NCBI GenBank assembly: GCA_016178505.1
Contig: JACOTG010000079.1
Coordinates: 1,810 to 65,809, forward strand
Direction: 5' to 3'
DNA: 64,000 nucleotides
From: Planctomycetota bacterium
GTDB taxonomy: Bacteria > Planctomycetota > JACOTG01
Under the pieces are notes generated by a model. That model was not told the DNA's origin. It was given only the letters and a program-made list of their open reading frames with translations, and did not search any database. This document shows positions 1 to 10,109 of this stretch, piece after piece (the first letter of the stretch is position 1; each line of letters begins with the position of its first letter). A program made the position numbers and the translations under genes.

Positions 1-1
1 G

Positions 2-952
2 GAGATGATGAATGGAGAAATCAGCGTCGAGAGCGAGCACGGCAAGGGGTCCACGTTCTGGTTCGCGCTCACGCTCGAGAAGCGGCCGCAGTGCGTCGAT
101 CGGAGTGAGAACGACGCGGCGCTGCTCGAAGGCATTCGGGTATTGGTCGCCGACGACAACGCGACGAACCGAATGATCCTCCGTGACGAGCTCTTGAGTT
201 GGAAGATGCGCGACGCTGCCGCCGATGCGAATGGGCGCGATGCGCTGACACGACTGACGGAGGCCGCGGCAAGTCACGACCCTTACCGAATCGCGATCGT
301 GGACGCTCAAATGCCGGACATCGACGGCGTGACGCTGGCGCGGAGGATCAACGGCGACCCGGCGATCCGATCGGTGAAGCTCGTGATGATGACCGAACTG
401 TGCGTGCCGACGGACATTTCCGAGCTGCGGCGAGCTGGGATCGACGCGTGGCTGATCAAGCCGGTGAAGCAAGGGCAGCTCCTCCGCGCGTTGACCGGCG
501 CCGTCGCCGGACGCCCGACCGACGTCAGCGCGCGACCCGGCGTCGCGAACGAGTCGGGAACGGCGGTGACCAAGGCGCTGAAGATCCTCCTCGCCGAAGA
601 CAATCGCGTGAACCAAATCATCGCGGTGAGGCAATTGAAGAAGCTCGGATATAAAGCCGACGTCGTGGCGAACGGGATCGAAGTCCTCGAGGCGCTCGAG
701 AGAATCGCTTACGACGTGATTTTCATGGATTGCCACATGCCGGAAATGGACGGCTACGAAGCGGCCCGAAGAATTCGAGAGCTTCCGGGCGCGCGGTCAC
801 GGGTGAAGATCATCGCCATGACCGCAAACGCCATGCAGGGAGACCGAGAGCAATGTCTGAATGCCGGCATGGACGACTACGTCAGCAAGCCGGCTCGGAT
901 AGACGACCTGCAGCGCGCGATCGCGAACCTCGAAGACGGCGCGTCCACCTGA
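2..952 (+). CDS. C-terminal part of a hybrid sensor histidine kinase, 5'-truncated by the window edge: the end of the HATPase_c domain followed by two tandem receiver (REC) domains
   Basis: The translation starts with an ATP-binding-domain tail (GEISVESEHGKGSTFWFAL). Two CheY-like receiver domains follow (VLVADDNATNRMIL...DAQMPDIDG and ILLAEDNRVNQII...MDCHMPEMDGYEA...KPARIDDL). The frame is open back to the window start. Confidence 0.8.
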   Translation, partial: EMMNGEISVESEHGKGSTFWFALTLEKRPQCVDRSENDAALLEGIRVLVADDNATNRMILRDELLSWKMRDAAADANGRDALTRLTEAAASHDPYRIAIVDAQMPDIDGVTLARRINGDPAIRSVKLVMMTELCVPTDISELRRAGIDAWLIKPVKQGQLLRALTGAVAGRPTDVSARPGVANESGTAVTKALKILLAEDNRVNQIIAVRQLKKLGYKADVVANGIEVLEALERIAYDVIFMDCHMPEMDGYEAARRIRELPGARSRVKIIAMTANAMQGDREQCLNAGMDDYVSKPARIDDLQRAIANLEDGAST

Positions 953-1078
953 CGATCGAGCGGCGCGCTTCCTGCATCTTCCGTGGCGCGAACCCGCGCG
1001 AGTGACGGCGGCGGGCGCGCCGCATAGAATGGGCGCCTCTCGAGTAGTGGTGGCCCACTCACACGGAGGATTTCGAGC

Positions 1079-4000
1079 ATGCACGTCCAGTACCCGCGCG
1101 CCTTCGCGCTCCTCGTCCTGTTCGCCAGCGCGACGATGGTTCGGGCCCAGGACACGACGTCCGCCCCCGACATCACGAAACAGCCGACGCTCTACGTGGT
1201 CGGGTATGCGCACCTCGACACGCAGTGGCGGTGGATCTACCCGCAAACGATTCGCGAGTACTTGGCGAACACGCTCCATGACAACTTCAAGCTGTTCGAA
1301 AGTCATCCGCAGTACGTCTTCAACTTCACGGGCTCGCGCCGCTACCAGATGTTCAAGGAGTACTTCCCCGCAGACTACGAGAAGCTGAAAAGCTACGTCA
1401 ACGCCGGCCGCTGGTTTCCGTGCGGCTCCTCCGTCGACGAGAACGACACGAACACGCCGTCGGCCGAGTCGCTGATCCGGAACGTGATGTACGGCAATCG
1501 CTTCTTCCGACGCGAGCTGGGCGTCGCCAGCAGCGAGTACATGCTGCCGGATTGCTTTGGCTTCACCGCGTCGGTGCCGAGCATCCTCGCGCACTGTGGC
1601 ATCAAGGGATTCTCGACGCAGAAGCTCACGTGGGGCTCCGTCGTCGGCATCCCGTTCAAGGTCGGAGTCTGGGAAGGCCCGGACGGACACAGCGTGATCG
1701 CCGCACTCGATCCCGGCTCGTACGGCGGAGACATCGACGAAAACTTGGCCAACAGTGAGACGTGGCGAACCCGCATCGAGGCCAACGGCAAACAGTCTGG
1801 AGTTTTCGCGGACTTCCACTATTACGGCACCGGCGACGTCGGCGGCTCGCCAAACGAGAAGTCGGTCACGATGCTCGAGGAGAGCCTGTCGACGAAGGGC
1901 CCCGTTCACGTGATCGCGGGCCGCGCCGACGCTCTCTTCGAAGCGATCACGCCAGCGATGAAGGAGCGCCTCCCGCACTACAAAGGCGAACTCGAGCTCA
2001 CCGAGCACTCGGCGGGCTCGCTGACCTCGCAAGCGGCAATGAAGCGGTGGAACCGCAAGAACGAACTCCTCGCCGACGCGGCCGAGCGCGCGTCGGTCCT
2101 CGCGTGGTGGCTCGGCGGACGCGACTATCCGTCGCAACGGCTCGAGAACGCGTGGACGCTCGTCCTCGGCTCGCAAATGCACGACATCGTCTCGGGCACT
2201 GCGCTCGCGCGCGGCTACGAGTACTCGTGGAACGACGAGCTCCTCGCCGCGAACCAGTTCCAATCCGTGCTCGAGGACGCGGTGTCCGTCGTCGCGGGAC
2301 GTCTCGACACGCGCGCCGGAGGCACGCCGCTCGTCCTGTTCAATCCCCTATCGATCGAGCGCGAGGACGTCGTCGAAGCGGAAATCCCCGGCGACGCGGC
2401 TCGGCTCGCGGGTGTGCGCGTGACGGGACCCGATGGCAAGCCGGTCCTCGCGCAGGTCCTCGGCCCGAGCAAAGCCGGCGTGCGCATCGCGTTCCTCGCG
2501 AAGGCTCCGCCGGTGGGCTTTGCCGTCTACGACGTTCGGGTGGCGGGGACCGAGCCAAACAGTGCGTCGTCGCTTCGTGTCGAGGAGAAGCAACTCGAGA
2601 ACGAGCGATGGATCGTCTCGCTGAACGACGACGGCGACGTGGCGTCGATCCGCGACAAGAAAGCGAATCGCGAGCTCCTGTCCGGTCCCGCGCGGCTTGG
2701 CCTGCACTATGAGAATCCGAGGCAGTGGCCCGCATGGAATCAGGACTTGGCGGATCGCCAGCAGCCGGCGAAGGAGTTCGTCGGCGGGCCCGCGCGGTTC
2801 CGCGTCGTCGAGCGCGGCCCGGCGCGCATCGCGGTGGAAGTGTCTCGCGACGTCGGCGGCTCGACGTTCGTGCAGCGCATCCGCCTCTCCGCGGGCGGTG
2901 CCGGCGATCGCGTCGAGTTCGACAACGACATTGCGTGGGCGACTCGCGAGCGAAGTCTGCGCGCCGCGTTCCCGCTCACCACGACCAATCCACACGCGAC
3001 GTACGACTGTCAGTCGGGGACGATCGAGCGCGGCAACGCGTCGGAGAAACAGTTCGAGTATGGGTTTCAACAGTGGTTCGACCTCACCGACTCGAGCGGC
3101 GACTACGGCGTGACCGTGATGAGCGACAGCAAGTTCGGCTCCGACAAGCCGGACGACGCGACGGTGCGGCTGACGCTCCTCCACACGCCCGGCACGCGCG
3201 GCGGCTATCCCGATCAGGGCACGCAGGACCTGGGGCGACACCGAATCCTCTACGCGCTCGAGGGGCACGCCGGCGATTGGCGTCAGGGTCGAAGCGCGCA
3301 AGAGGCCGCGCGACTGAACCAGCTGATCCTCGCGTTTCGCGCGACGCCTCACGATGGACCGCTCGGCAAGTCGTTCGCACTCTTCACGACGAGCGACGAC
3401 GACGTGCGTCTCTCCGCGATCAAGAAAGCCGAGGACGGCGACTTCGTGATCGTGCGATTGCGCGAGCTGTCGGGTCGCGACAAGAAGAGCGTTCGCATCG
3501 CCACGGCAAAGCCGATCGTCAGCGCGCGCGAGGTCGACGGACAAGAGCGCGAGATCGGCGCCGCCGACTTGCGAGACGGCGCGCTCGTCACGGACATCCG
3601 CGGCTACGAACTGCGTGCGTTCGCGATCAAGCTGGGCGAGCCCTCGGCGCGCGCGCCCAGGCCGGCGTCGACGCCACTGGCGCTGTCCTTCGACGCCGAC
3701 GTGATCAGCTCGAACGCCAACCGCTCCGACGGCGCGATGGACGCGGACGGACGCACGTTCCCCGCCGAACAGTGGCCCGCGACGATCGCCGACGGCGCGA
3801 CGACGTTTCGGCTCGGCGCGACCACGGACGGCGGAAAGAACGCCGTGACGTGCCGGGGTCAGGAGATCGCACTGCCGCGCGCCGCTGACGCCGGTGATCG
3901 CCTCGACGTCCTCGTCGCCGCCGTCACGGACGGACGCGACGCGGACGCTACGATCGCGATCGACGGCAGGCCCGTCCCGATTCGCGTTCGCGATTGGCGC

Positions 4001-5310
4001 GCCCGCGTCGGACAGTGGGATCATCGACTGTGGCCGGCCGAGGACGTCGCTCACATCACCACACGCACGACGGCGACGCGTACTACGAGTACTGTTACCT
4101 CGACACGATCTCGATCGACCTTCCAAAGGGCGCGAAGACGATCCGATTGCCGAACGACGAGCGCGTGAAGCTGTTCGCCGCGACGGTCGTGGGCTCGGCC
4201 GGCGAGCGAGTGTCCGCGGCGACGCCACTCTTCGACACGCTCGACGATCACGTGCAAGACGCGCCGCGCGTCGTGCCGGGCGCGGGCTCGTTCGCGAACG
4301 CACTGGAGGTGGCGATCGAAGGTCGGCTGTACTGGCGCGACGGCGCGATCCGCTATACGCTCGACGGCTCCGATCCGACGCCGAGCTCGCCCGCCTATCG
4401 CGGCGCGTTCTTCCTCGATCACACGGCGACGATCAAGTCGGCAATCCTCGATGCCAACGGCCGACTGGGAGCGATCGCGTCGGCGAAGATCGAAGTGCGC
4501 GACGTCACGCCGCCCTCGGTCGATCGCGTCGCGCCGGCCTACCGCTCGACGACCGTGCGCGTCCGATTCTCCGAACCCGTCGACGACTCCGCGCTCGCGG
4601 CCAAGAACTATGCGCTCGATCCGCCGATCGACGTGAAGTCGGTGGCGCGAGTCGACGCACGAGACGTGACGCTCGACCTCGCGAGCGCGCCCGTACTCGA
4701 GCGCGCCTATCACTTGAGGATCGCTGGAGTGAAGGACGCCTCGCCCGCTCACAACGCGATGGCGGCGACTTCCTTCGACCTCGTGGTGAAGGGTCCCGTG
4801 TTCCAGCTCGAACACGTGACGAGCGAACAGATGGGCACGGAAATTCGCGACGTCGCGAACCTCCCGCTGAAGGCGACCGACGCGTGGACGCTCAACTTCT
4901 TCGTGAAGACGGACAAGGAGATCGAGGATCGAACGCTCATCGCCGGGTTCGGGAAGTGCGAGCAAGCCGAGGCGGGCGGCGCACGATATCTCGCGAAGTT
5001 CTCGTCGGGAATTCACTTTTGGAGCCACAACCGCGACGTCCGAACCCACACGCCGCTCGACGTCGGTCGCTGGCAGATGCTGACGACGACGTACGACGGC
5101 CACCTCGCGCGCGTCTACAAGGACGGAAAGTCGATCGGCGAGCGCGAGATCCAGCTCGCGGACGACCAAAGCGTCGTCCACATCGCGCCGCTCGATCCGT
5201 GGGACCAGAAGCGCCGCTTCACCGGCGACATCCGCGGCCTCACGATCTGGAGCGAGGCCCTCAACGAAGACGCGATCCGCTCGCTCCAAGCCGCGTCCTC
5301 GGAACACTGA
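1079..5310 (+). CDS. Glycoside hydrolase family 38 alpha-mannosidase with a C-terminal Ig-like plus LamG (concanavalin-like) domain. The gene carries an apparent +1/-1 frameshift near 4030-4080, so it is a pseudogene or a sequencing indel.
   Basis: The N-terminus is typical GH38 (YVVGYAHLDTQWRWIYPQTIREY...FNFTGSRRYQMFKEYFP) after a signal peptide. ORF 1079..4168 reads into nonsense (TTRTTATRTTSTVTS). Overlapping frame 3994..5310 continues a plausible protein (DGDAYYEYCYLDTISIDLPKG...LamG-like RTLIAGFGKCEQ...TIWSEALNEDAIRSLQ). An RBS (cacGGAGGattt) precedes the ATG at 1079. Confidence 0.8.
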
Positions 5311-5318
5311 TCCGGCTG

Positions 5319-5440
5319 ATCGTGCCAGGCACTCGCCGCCGCCGCGGTGAGCACCCGTCGTCGCGTGCCTGGCACCGATAGCCGGCGCCGATAGGCAAGG
5401 TGCGAATCCATCGTCGCGTGCCTGGCACCGATAGCCGGGA
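5319..5440. promoter_or_regulatory. Three copies of the 11-bp palindrome GTGCC(A/T)GGCAC upstream of the 5570 gene. Copies 2 and 3 lie in a roughly 29-bp direct repeat (cgtcgcgtgcctggcaccgatagccgg) spaced 52 bp apart. Copy 1 is inverted relative to copy 2.
   Basis: Direct reading: gtgccaggcac at about 5323, and gtgcctggcac at about 5366 and about 5419 with identical flanks. This could be a dimeric transcription-factor operator array, or a terminator hairpin (copies 1 and 2) for the upstream mannosidase gene. Confidence 0.35.
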
Positions 5441-5569
5441 GAATTTGCGTCCGGAGATCGACCGGCGCGCGCTTCACCTCCCGCGGCATGGGTGCGTCCC
5501 GCTTCATTGCGGTCGTACCGCCGCGAACACGAACGACGTGATCGGCACAACGAGAAGAGGAGGAGCGAG

Positions 5570-6814
5570 ATGCGCACCCTTGGCAGTTGGATCTTGCGGT
5601 CGACAGTTGCCGCGTTGGTCGTGACCGGCGGACTCGTCGGTCGCGCGACGGCGCAATGTTTCCCCGACAACTTCGACTCGGCGCCCTGCTGCACGCCGGT
5701 CACGCCGAACATCCCCGCGATTCCGTTCATGCAGCAGAACGGACGCTTCATCTGCTACCGCAATTGCGCAGTGCAGGTGAACGGGCAGGTCTGCACGATC
5801 TACGGTCCGGTGCTGCCGGCGATGATGGGCGCCAACATCGTGTGCAACGTCTACACGATGCGATTCCAGGTGAAGTCGTGCGGTGCCAACCAAGTGCTCT
5901 GGTCGGGCAACATGCGACTCCACTACTCGCGCAACTGGCAGGAGATCGGCCCGGCCCCGGGCGTCGTTCGCACCGTTTGGCGATTCATGATGAACGGCGA
6001 CCTCGTGCCGACGCCGGCGCTTCCCAACATCCCCAACGTGAAGCCGCCGTGCTCGAACAACAACGTTTTCGGGAGGGCGTACTTCGCGGGCTACATCGAC
6101 TTCGCCTACGACTGCAACACCAACACGTGGTCGTCGGCCTACGCGCTCCAGCACGAGTGCGACTTCGCGTCGCACGCGGCCGGAACTCCGCGCGCGCTCG
6201 CGAGCTCGCATGCCACGCGGTCGTACGTGTTCGTGGGCCCGGCGGCCGGCTTCGTTCCGGCGCCAACGGGCGGCCCCATCGGTAGCGGCGGCTTGGCATT
6301 CGACGCCGTGCGCCGCAACAACTGGCCCACGCTCCCCAACATCTGCCTCGCCGAGGAAGGGCTGGGAGCCGGCGGAATCCTGCAGCCGGTTCGCCGCTAC
6401 TGCGAGTGTGTGCCGTCGAGCACGACCGTCCCACAGCAATTCAACGAATCGGTCTTGAATGGCGGTGGGCTGTGCGGAACGACCTTCAACACGCTCGCAC
6501 CGCCGATCGGCCCATTCCCATTCGCGCAGAAGAGCATCGGCGCGTGGACGATCGCGGGCACATTCCCCGAGCAACGGGCGCTCCTCTTCGTCGGGGGCAC
6601 GGTGCTTCACAACGACGGCTGCACGTCGACGCCGACGACGCAGTACTTCGAAGGCGTAGAGACGATCGACAATGGGGCGGTCACGCCGATCAGTTTCACC
6701 GGGATTGCCTATCCTCCGAACTTCCTCGATCTCGCCAGCTCGAATGGCGTCGGTGGCGCGACGGTGGTCGGCATCCCGCACGTGACTTGGTACCTGCTGA
6801 ATCTCAACCTCTGA
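5570..6814 (+). CDS. Hypothetical secreted cysteine-rich protein (about 414 aa) with no recognisable domain
   Basis: A strong RBS (agaGGAGGAGcgag) sits just before the ATG at 5570. A signal peptide is present (MRTLGSWILRSTVAALVVTGGLVGRATAQ-C). About 20 Cys are scattered through the protein (CFPDNFDSAPCCTP, CYRNCAVQVNGQVC...). The annotated upstream M at 5492 is a frame artefact. Confidence 0.6.
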   Translation: MRTLGSWILRSTVAALVVTGGLVGRATAQCFPDNFDSAPCCTPVTPNIPAIPFMQQNGRFICYRNCAVQVNGQVCTIYGPVLPAMMGANIVCNVYTMRFQVKSCGANQVLWSGNMRLHYSRNWQEIGPAPGVVRTVWRFMMNGDLVPTPALPNIPNVKPPCSNNNVFGRAYFAGYIDFAYDCNTNTWSSAYALQHECDFASHAAGTPRALASSHATRSYVFVGPAAGFVPAPTGGPIGSGGLAFDAVRRNNWPTLPNICLAEEGLGAGGILQPVRRYCECVPSSTTVPQQFNESVLNGGGLCGTTFNTLAPPIGPFPFAQKSIGAWTIAGTFPEQRALLFVGGTVLHNDGCTSTPTTQYFEGVETIDNGAVTPISFTGIAYPPNFLDLASSNGVGGATVVGIPHVTWYLLNLNL

Positions 6815-6960
6815 GGAATAGACCTTCGACGTTTCGTTCGAGGGCGGCACGCGGCGACGCGCGCCGCCCTCGCGCGTTCTCCTGGATTCGCTCGTCCCGA
6901 ACCTTGGCCAGTGGTATCGCTCGGTTATGATGTGCAAGCCAGCCGAGAAGAGGGACCCGG

Positions 6961-9780
6961 ATGACCGACGATCACGCTCGCCGCGCGTTCATCGAGGCGC
7001 TGTGGAACGATGCCGATGCGGGGCAGATTCGACCGCTCGACGACTACCTGGCTCGATTTCCTCGCTGCGCCGACCTCGTCCGAAGCGAGTACGAAGCCGT
7101 CGTCGCCTGTCGAACGCCACCGTCGGATGAACGGGATGCGACGGGTCCCGACGTCTCGCGCCTCGGATCCGCACAGCCGCCGCCGATAGGCCTTCGGAGG
7201 GAGTCGACGTTTGGCTCGTATCGGATCCTCGCACCTCTTGGCCGCGGCGGACAAGGCGCCGTCTACCTGGCCGAGGACCTGCGCCTGCGCCGTCGCGTCG
7301 CGCTGAAGATCTTGAACCCCGCGATCACGTTGTCGGACGACGCGCTGCGCCGTTTCCAGCGCGAGGCGGAGGCGGCGGCGCGCCTGAACCACCCTGCGAT
7401 CTGCTCGGTGTACGAGGTCGGCGCAGCCGATGGCGTGCCGTACATCGCCATGCAGTACTTCGAGGGAGAGACGCTCGCACAATTGATCGACTCGGCCGCG
7501 GCGAGCACCGATCACGATCGCCCGTCGACCACGTGGCTTGCGTCCCGGCAGTGGGCCAACGTCGTCAAGATCGTGCGCTTGATCGAGAATGCCGCACGAG
7601 CACTGCACGTTGCCCACGAAGTCGGCATCGTTCATCGCGACGTCAAACCGGCCAACATCTTGGTCACCCGGGACGGCGTGCCGGTCATCCTCGACTTCGG
7701 GCTCGCGCGCGATCTCGAAGCCGACGCCCCGACGATCACGAAGGCCGGAGAGTTCTTCGGCACGCCGCAGTACATGTCGCCCGAGCAGATCGCGCGGCAT
7801 CCGATCCGCCTCGACCGCCGAACGGACATCTACTCCCTCGCCGTGACGCTGTACGAATGCCTGACGCTCCAGCGTCCGTTCGACGCGCCGACCCTCGAGT
7901 CGCTCTGCCAAGCCGTCCTCACCAAAGCCCCACGAGATCCGCGCCGACTGAACCCCGCGATTCCCCGCGACCTCGCGACCGTGCTCGAGACCGCGATGGA
8001 GAAGGACCGCGATCGCCGATACGGCACCGCGCTCGACTTCGCCGAGGACTTGTCCGCCGTCGCGGAGGTGCGGCCGATCCGCGCGAAACCCGTGTCGCTC
8101 GCCGGTCGAGCCGTTCGATGGGCAAAGCGCGAGCCGGCGAAAGCGGCGCTGATCTTGGTGCTCGCCGCGGTCGTCCCGACGCTCGCGGCACTCGGCGGCT
8201 ATCTCGTGGCGAGTCGATCGGACATTCAGACCGGACGACTCGTGAAGCAGCAGGAGACCGTCGATCGGTATCTGGAGGCGGGCTTCTCCGACATGCGCAA
8301 TCGCCGCTTCGCAGGGGCGAAAGCCGCGTTCGACGCCGCGATCGCTGTAGACCCACGCTGCGTGATGGCGGCCGCGGGCCTCGCAAACCTGGAAGACGAC
8401 CCTGTCGAGTTTCTCGCCGTCGTCGAGCGTTACCAGCCCCAGATGGGGGACGACGCGGACTACCAGGCCGTTCGCGCGATCGCGCTGCGGCTCGTCGGGC
8501 GCAACGAAGAAGCCGATGCCATCGGCCGCACTTCCGGATTCGAACGCAGCTCGCTACGCCATTTTCTCGACGGCTTCCAGGAGTCCTCGCGCTATGAGCG
8601 AGGCGATCGAGACGCTGCGAAGCGAGCGATTCGCGACTATGGCTTGGCGCTGTTCAAAGCAACCCGGCCCTCGTTCATCGTGCACTACCTCCGCGGTCGC
8701 GCCGCGAGAGCCGACCGCAACGTTGACGTGACCCGCGAGACGATTGCAATCCTGAAGGCCCTCTGGCCGGACCGCGTCGACACCTGGCTCGCGATCGACG
8801 AGTACCTCTTCTATGACGATCGGGCCGCGGCTCTAGCCGCGAATCGACGAGCCGCATCCATCGATCCGAAGAGTTGCGCCGTGATGGAGAGCTATGCCGA
8901 GCATGCATTCTGGGACGGCGAGTCCGAGTCGGCACTGCAGCGCTTCCGGGACGTGCTCGACGTCTACCCGGACGATCCGTCGAGTCATCTGATGATCGCG
9001 TGGACGTTCATGAACTCGGGCAGATACGACGCGGCGTTGGAGTGGTTCGAGAAGGCGAACCGCATCCGTCCTCGCGACGCGTGGTTCACGGACGTGCTCG
9101 CCGAATGCCGGCGACGACGCGGCGACATCGAGAGCGCCATCACCACTTCGAGACAAGCAATCGAGATCGATCCGACGTGCGATCGCTTCCATGTTCGTCT
9201 GGCGTCGATTCTCTTCGACGCGGGAAAGCTCGACGAGGCACTCGCTGAGGTCGATCGAGGTCTCGAACTCTACGCGGGACGTCCGTGGTCGCATTGCGTG
9301 AAGGGCCGGATTCTCGTTCGCAAAGGGAATCGAGACGCGGCGCTCGCCGAATGGGAACGCGTTCGCGCGACCGATCCCGATTACACGACGGATCCGAACT
9401 ACAGCGCCGGTATCTGCGACGTCGGGGATCTCGTCGGCGTTCGGGCCGCGCACGAGCTGCTCATCGAACTCCATCCCGACGACGCTGCCACGTGGATCGC
9501 GTTCGCCCGCTTCCTACTGGATCCGAAGGGACTCCACGTCGGGTGGGACTCCATGAGCGGGCTCCGCGCCGCGCGACGCGCTGCCGAGCTGACGAGCAAG
9601 CGCGATGCGAACGCATTGGGACTTCTCGCCGAGGCGCAATTCGTCACCGGCAACAAGCGAGCGGCCGTTGAGACGGGATCGCGGGCCCTGGATGCGCTGT
9701 CGTCCAGTGCCCCCGCCGATGCCGCGCTTCGCGAACGATTGGAAGCCGCGCTCGAGCGCTACCGGCTCGCGGCCGATTGA
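6961..9780 (+). CDS. Membrane-anchored Hanks-type Ser/Thr protein kinase with an extracytoplasmic TPR-repeat domain
   Basis: The kinase subdomains are present (LGRGGQGAVYLA...VALKIL, HRDVKPANILV, DFGLA, GTPQYMSPEQ). A TM helix (AALILVLAAVVPTLAALGGYLV) follows, and then about 500 aa of TPR-like repeats. Confidence 0.9.
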   Translation: MTDDHARRAFIEALWNDADAGQIRPLDDYLARFPRCADLVRSEYEAVVACRTPPSDERDATGPDVSRLGSAQPPPIGLRRESTFGSYRILAPLGRGGQGAVYLAEDLRLRRRVALKILNPAITLSDDALRRFQREAEAAARLNHPAICSVYEVGAADGVPYIAMQYFEGETLAQLIDSAAASTDHDRPSTTWLASRQWANVVKIVRLIENAARALHVAHEVGIVHRDVKPANILVTRDGVPVILDFGLARDLEADAPTITKAGEFFGTPQYMSPEQIARHPIRLDRRTDIYSLAVTLYECLTLQRPFDAPTLESLCQAVLTKAPRDPRRLNPAIPRDLATVLETAMEKDRDRRYGTALDFAEDLSAVAEVRPIRAKPVSLAGRAVRWAKREPAKAALILVLAAVVPTLAALGGYLVASRSDIQTGRLVKQQETVDRYLEAGFSDMRNRRFAGAKAAFDAAIAVDPRCVMAAAGLANLEDDPVEFLAVVERYQPQMGDDADYQAVRAIALRLVGRNEEADAIGRTSGFERSSLRHFLDGFQESSRYERGDRDAAKRAIRDYGLALFKATRPSFIVHYLRGRAARADRNVDVTRETIAILKALWPDRVDTWLAIDEYLFYDDRAAALAANRRAASIDPKSCAVMESYAEHAFWDGESESALQRFRDVLDVYPDDPSSHLMIAWTFMNSGRYDAALEWFEKANRIRPRDAWFTDVLAECRRRRGDIESAITTSRQAIEIDPTCDRFHVRLASILFDAGKLDEALAEVDRGLELYAGRPWSHCVKGRILVRKGNRDAALAEWERVRATDPDYTTDPNYSAGICDVGDLVGVRAAHELLIELHPDDAATWIAFARFLLDPKGLHVGWDSMSGLRAARRAAELTSKRDANALGLLAEAQFVTGNKRAAVETGSRALDALSSSAPADAALRERLEAALERYRLAAD

Positions 9781-9792
9781 GCACACCGGCGG

Positions 9793-10108
9793 ATCACACG
9801 ATGATGGGAGGGCGACGCCGTTCTCGGCAGCCGATCGACGTCTCAGTTCGGCGCAGAACCGCAGGCGCACCACCTTCTCGGCTTCCGGGTCTACCTCCCC
9901 CAGGCGACGGATCGCGTCGTCGAGCGTCAGGGTTTCTTCGGGATCGACGTCCGCGGCGAGGTCGACGACGCTGAGGGGCACTCGCATTCGGTCGCGCGCG
10001 CCGTCGCGCTTCACGCAACCGACGGCCCGGGCGTGCTCGACCAGAATGCGTCGCATCGCCTCGGCGGCGGCGGCAAAGAAGTGATCGCGGTTCTCGAACT
10101 CGACCCCC
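9793..10108 (-). pseudogene. N-terminally truncated remnant of an ECF sigma factor of the Ser/Thr-kinase-associated type (TIGR02999-like). Only the region 3/4 segment remains.
   Basis: The minus-strand translation VEFENRDHFFAAAAEAMRRILVEHARAVGCVKRDGARDRMRVPLSVVDLAADVDPEETLTLDDAIRRLGEVDPEAEKVVRLRF matches the conserved weNRxHFF..aMRRiLvd.AR..KRGg...LDeAL.rL...dP..a.vvELRfF block. The homology starts directly after the stop codon (10110-10112) of the 10110..13034 gene. There is no region-2 sequence upstream and the C-terminal HTH is degraded. Confidence 0.4.
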
Positions 10109-10109
10109 C

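Noticed and set aside
797-5751. Long antisense or alternative-frame ORFs overlapping the mannosidase gene (for example 797..2263 -, 2348..4303 -, 4051..5751 -, 1762..2712 +)
   Set aside because: These are typical high-GC frame artefacts. Their translations are Arg/Ala/Pro-rich and low-complexity with no domain signatures. The sense-strand gene has clear GH38 homology.
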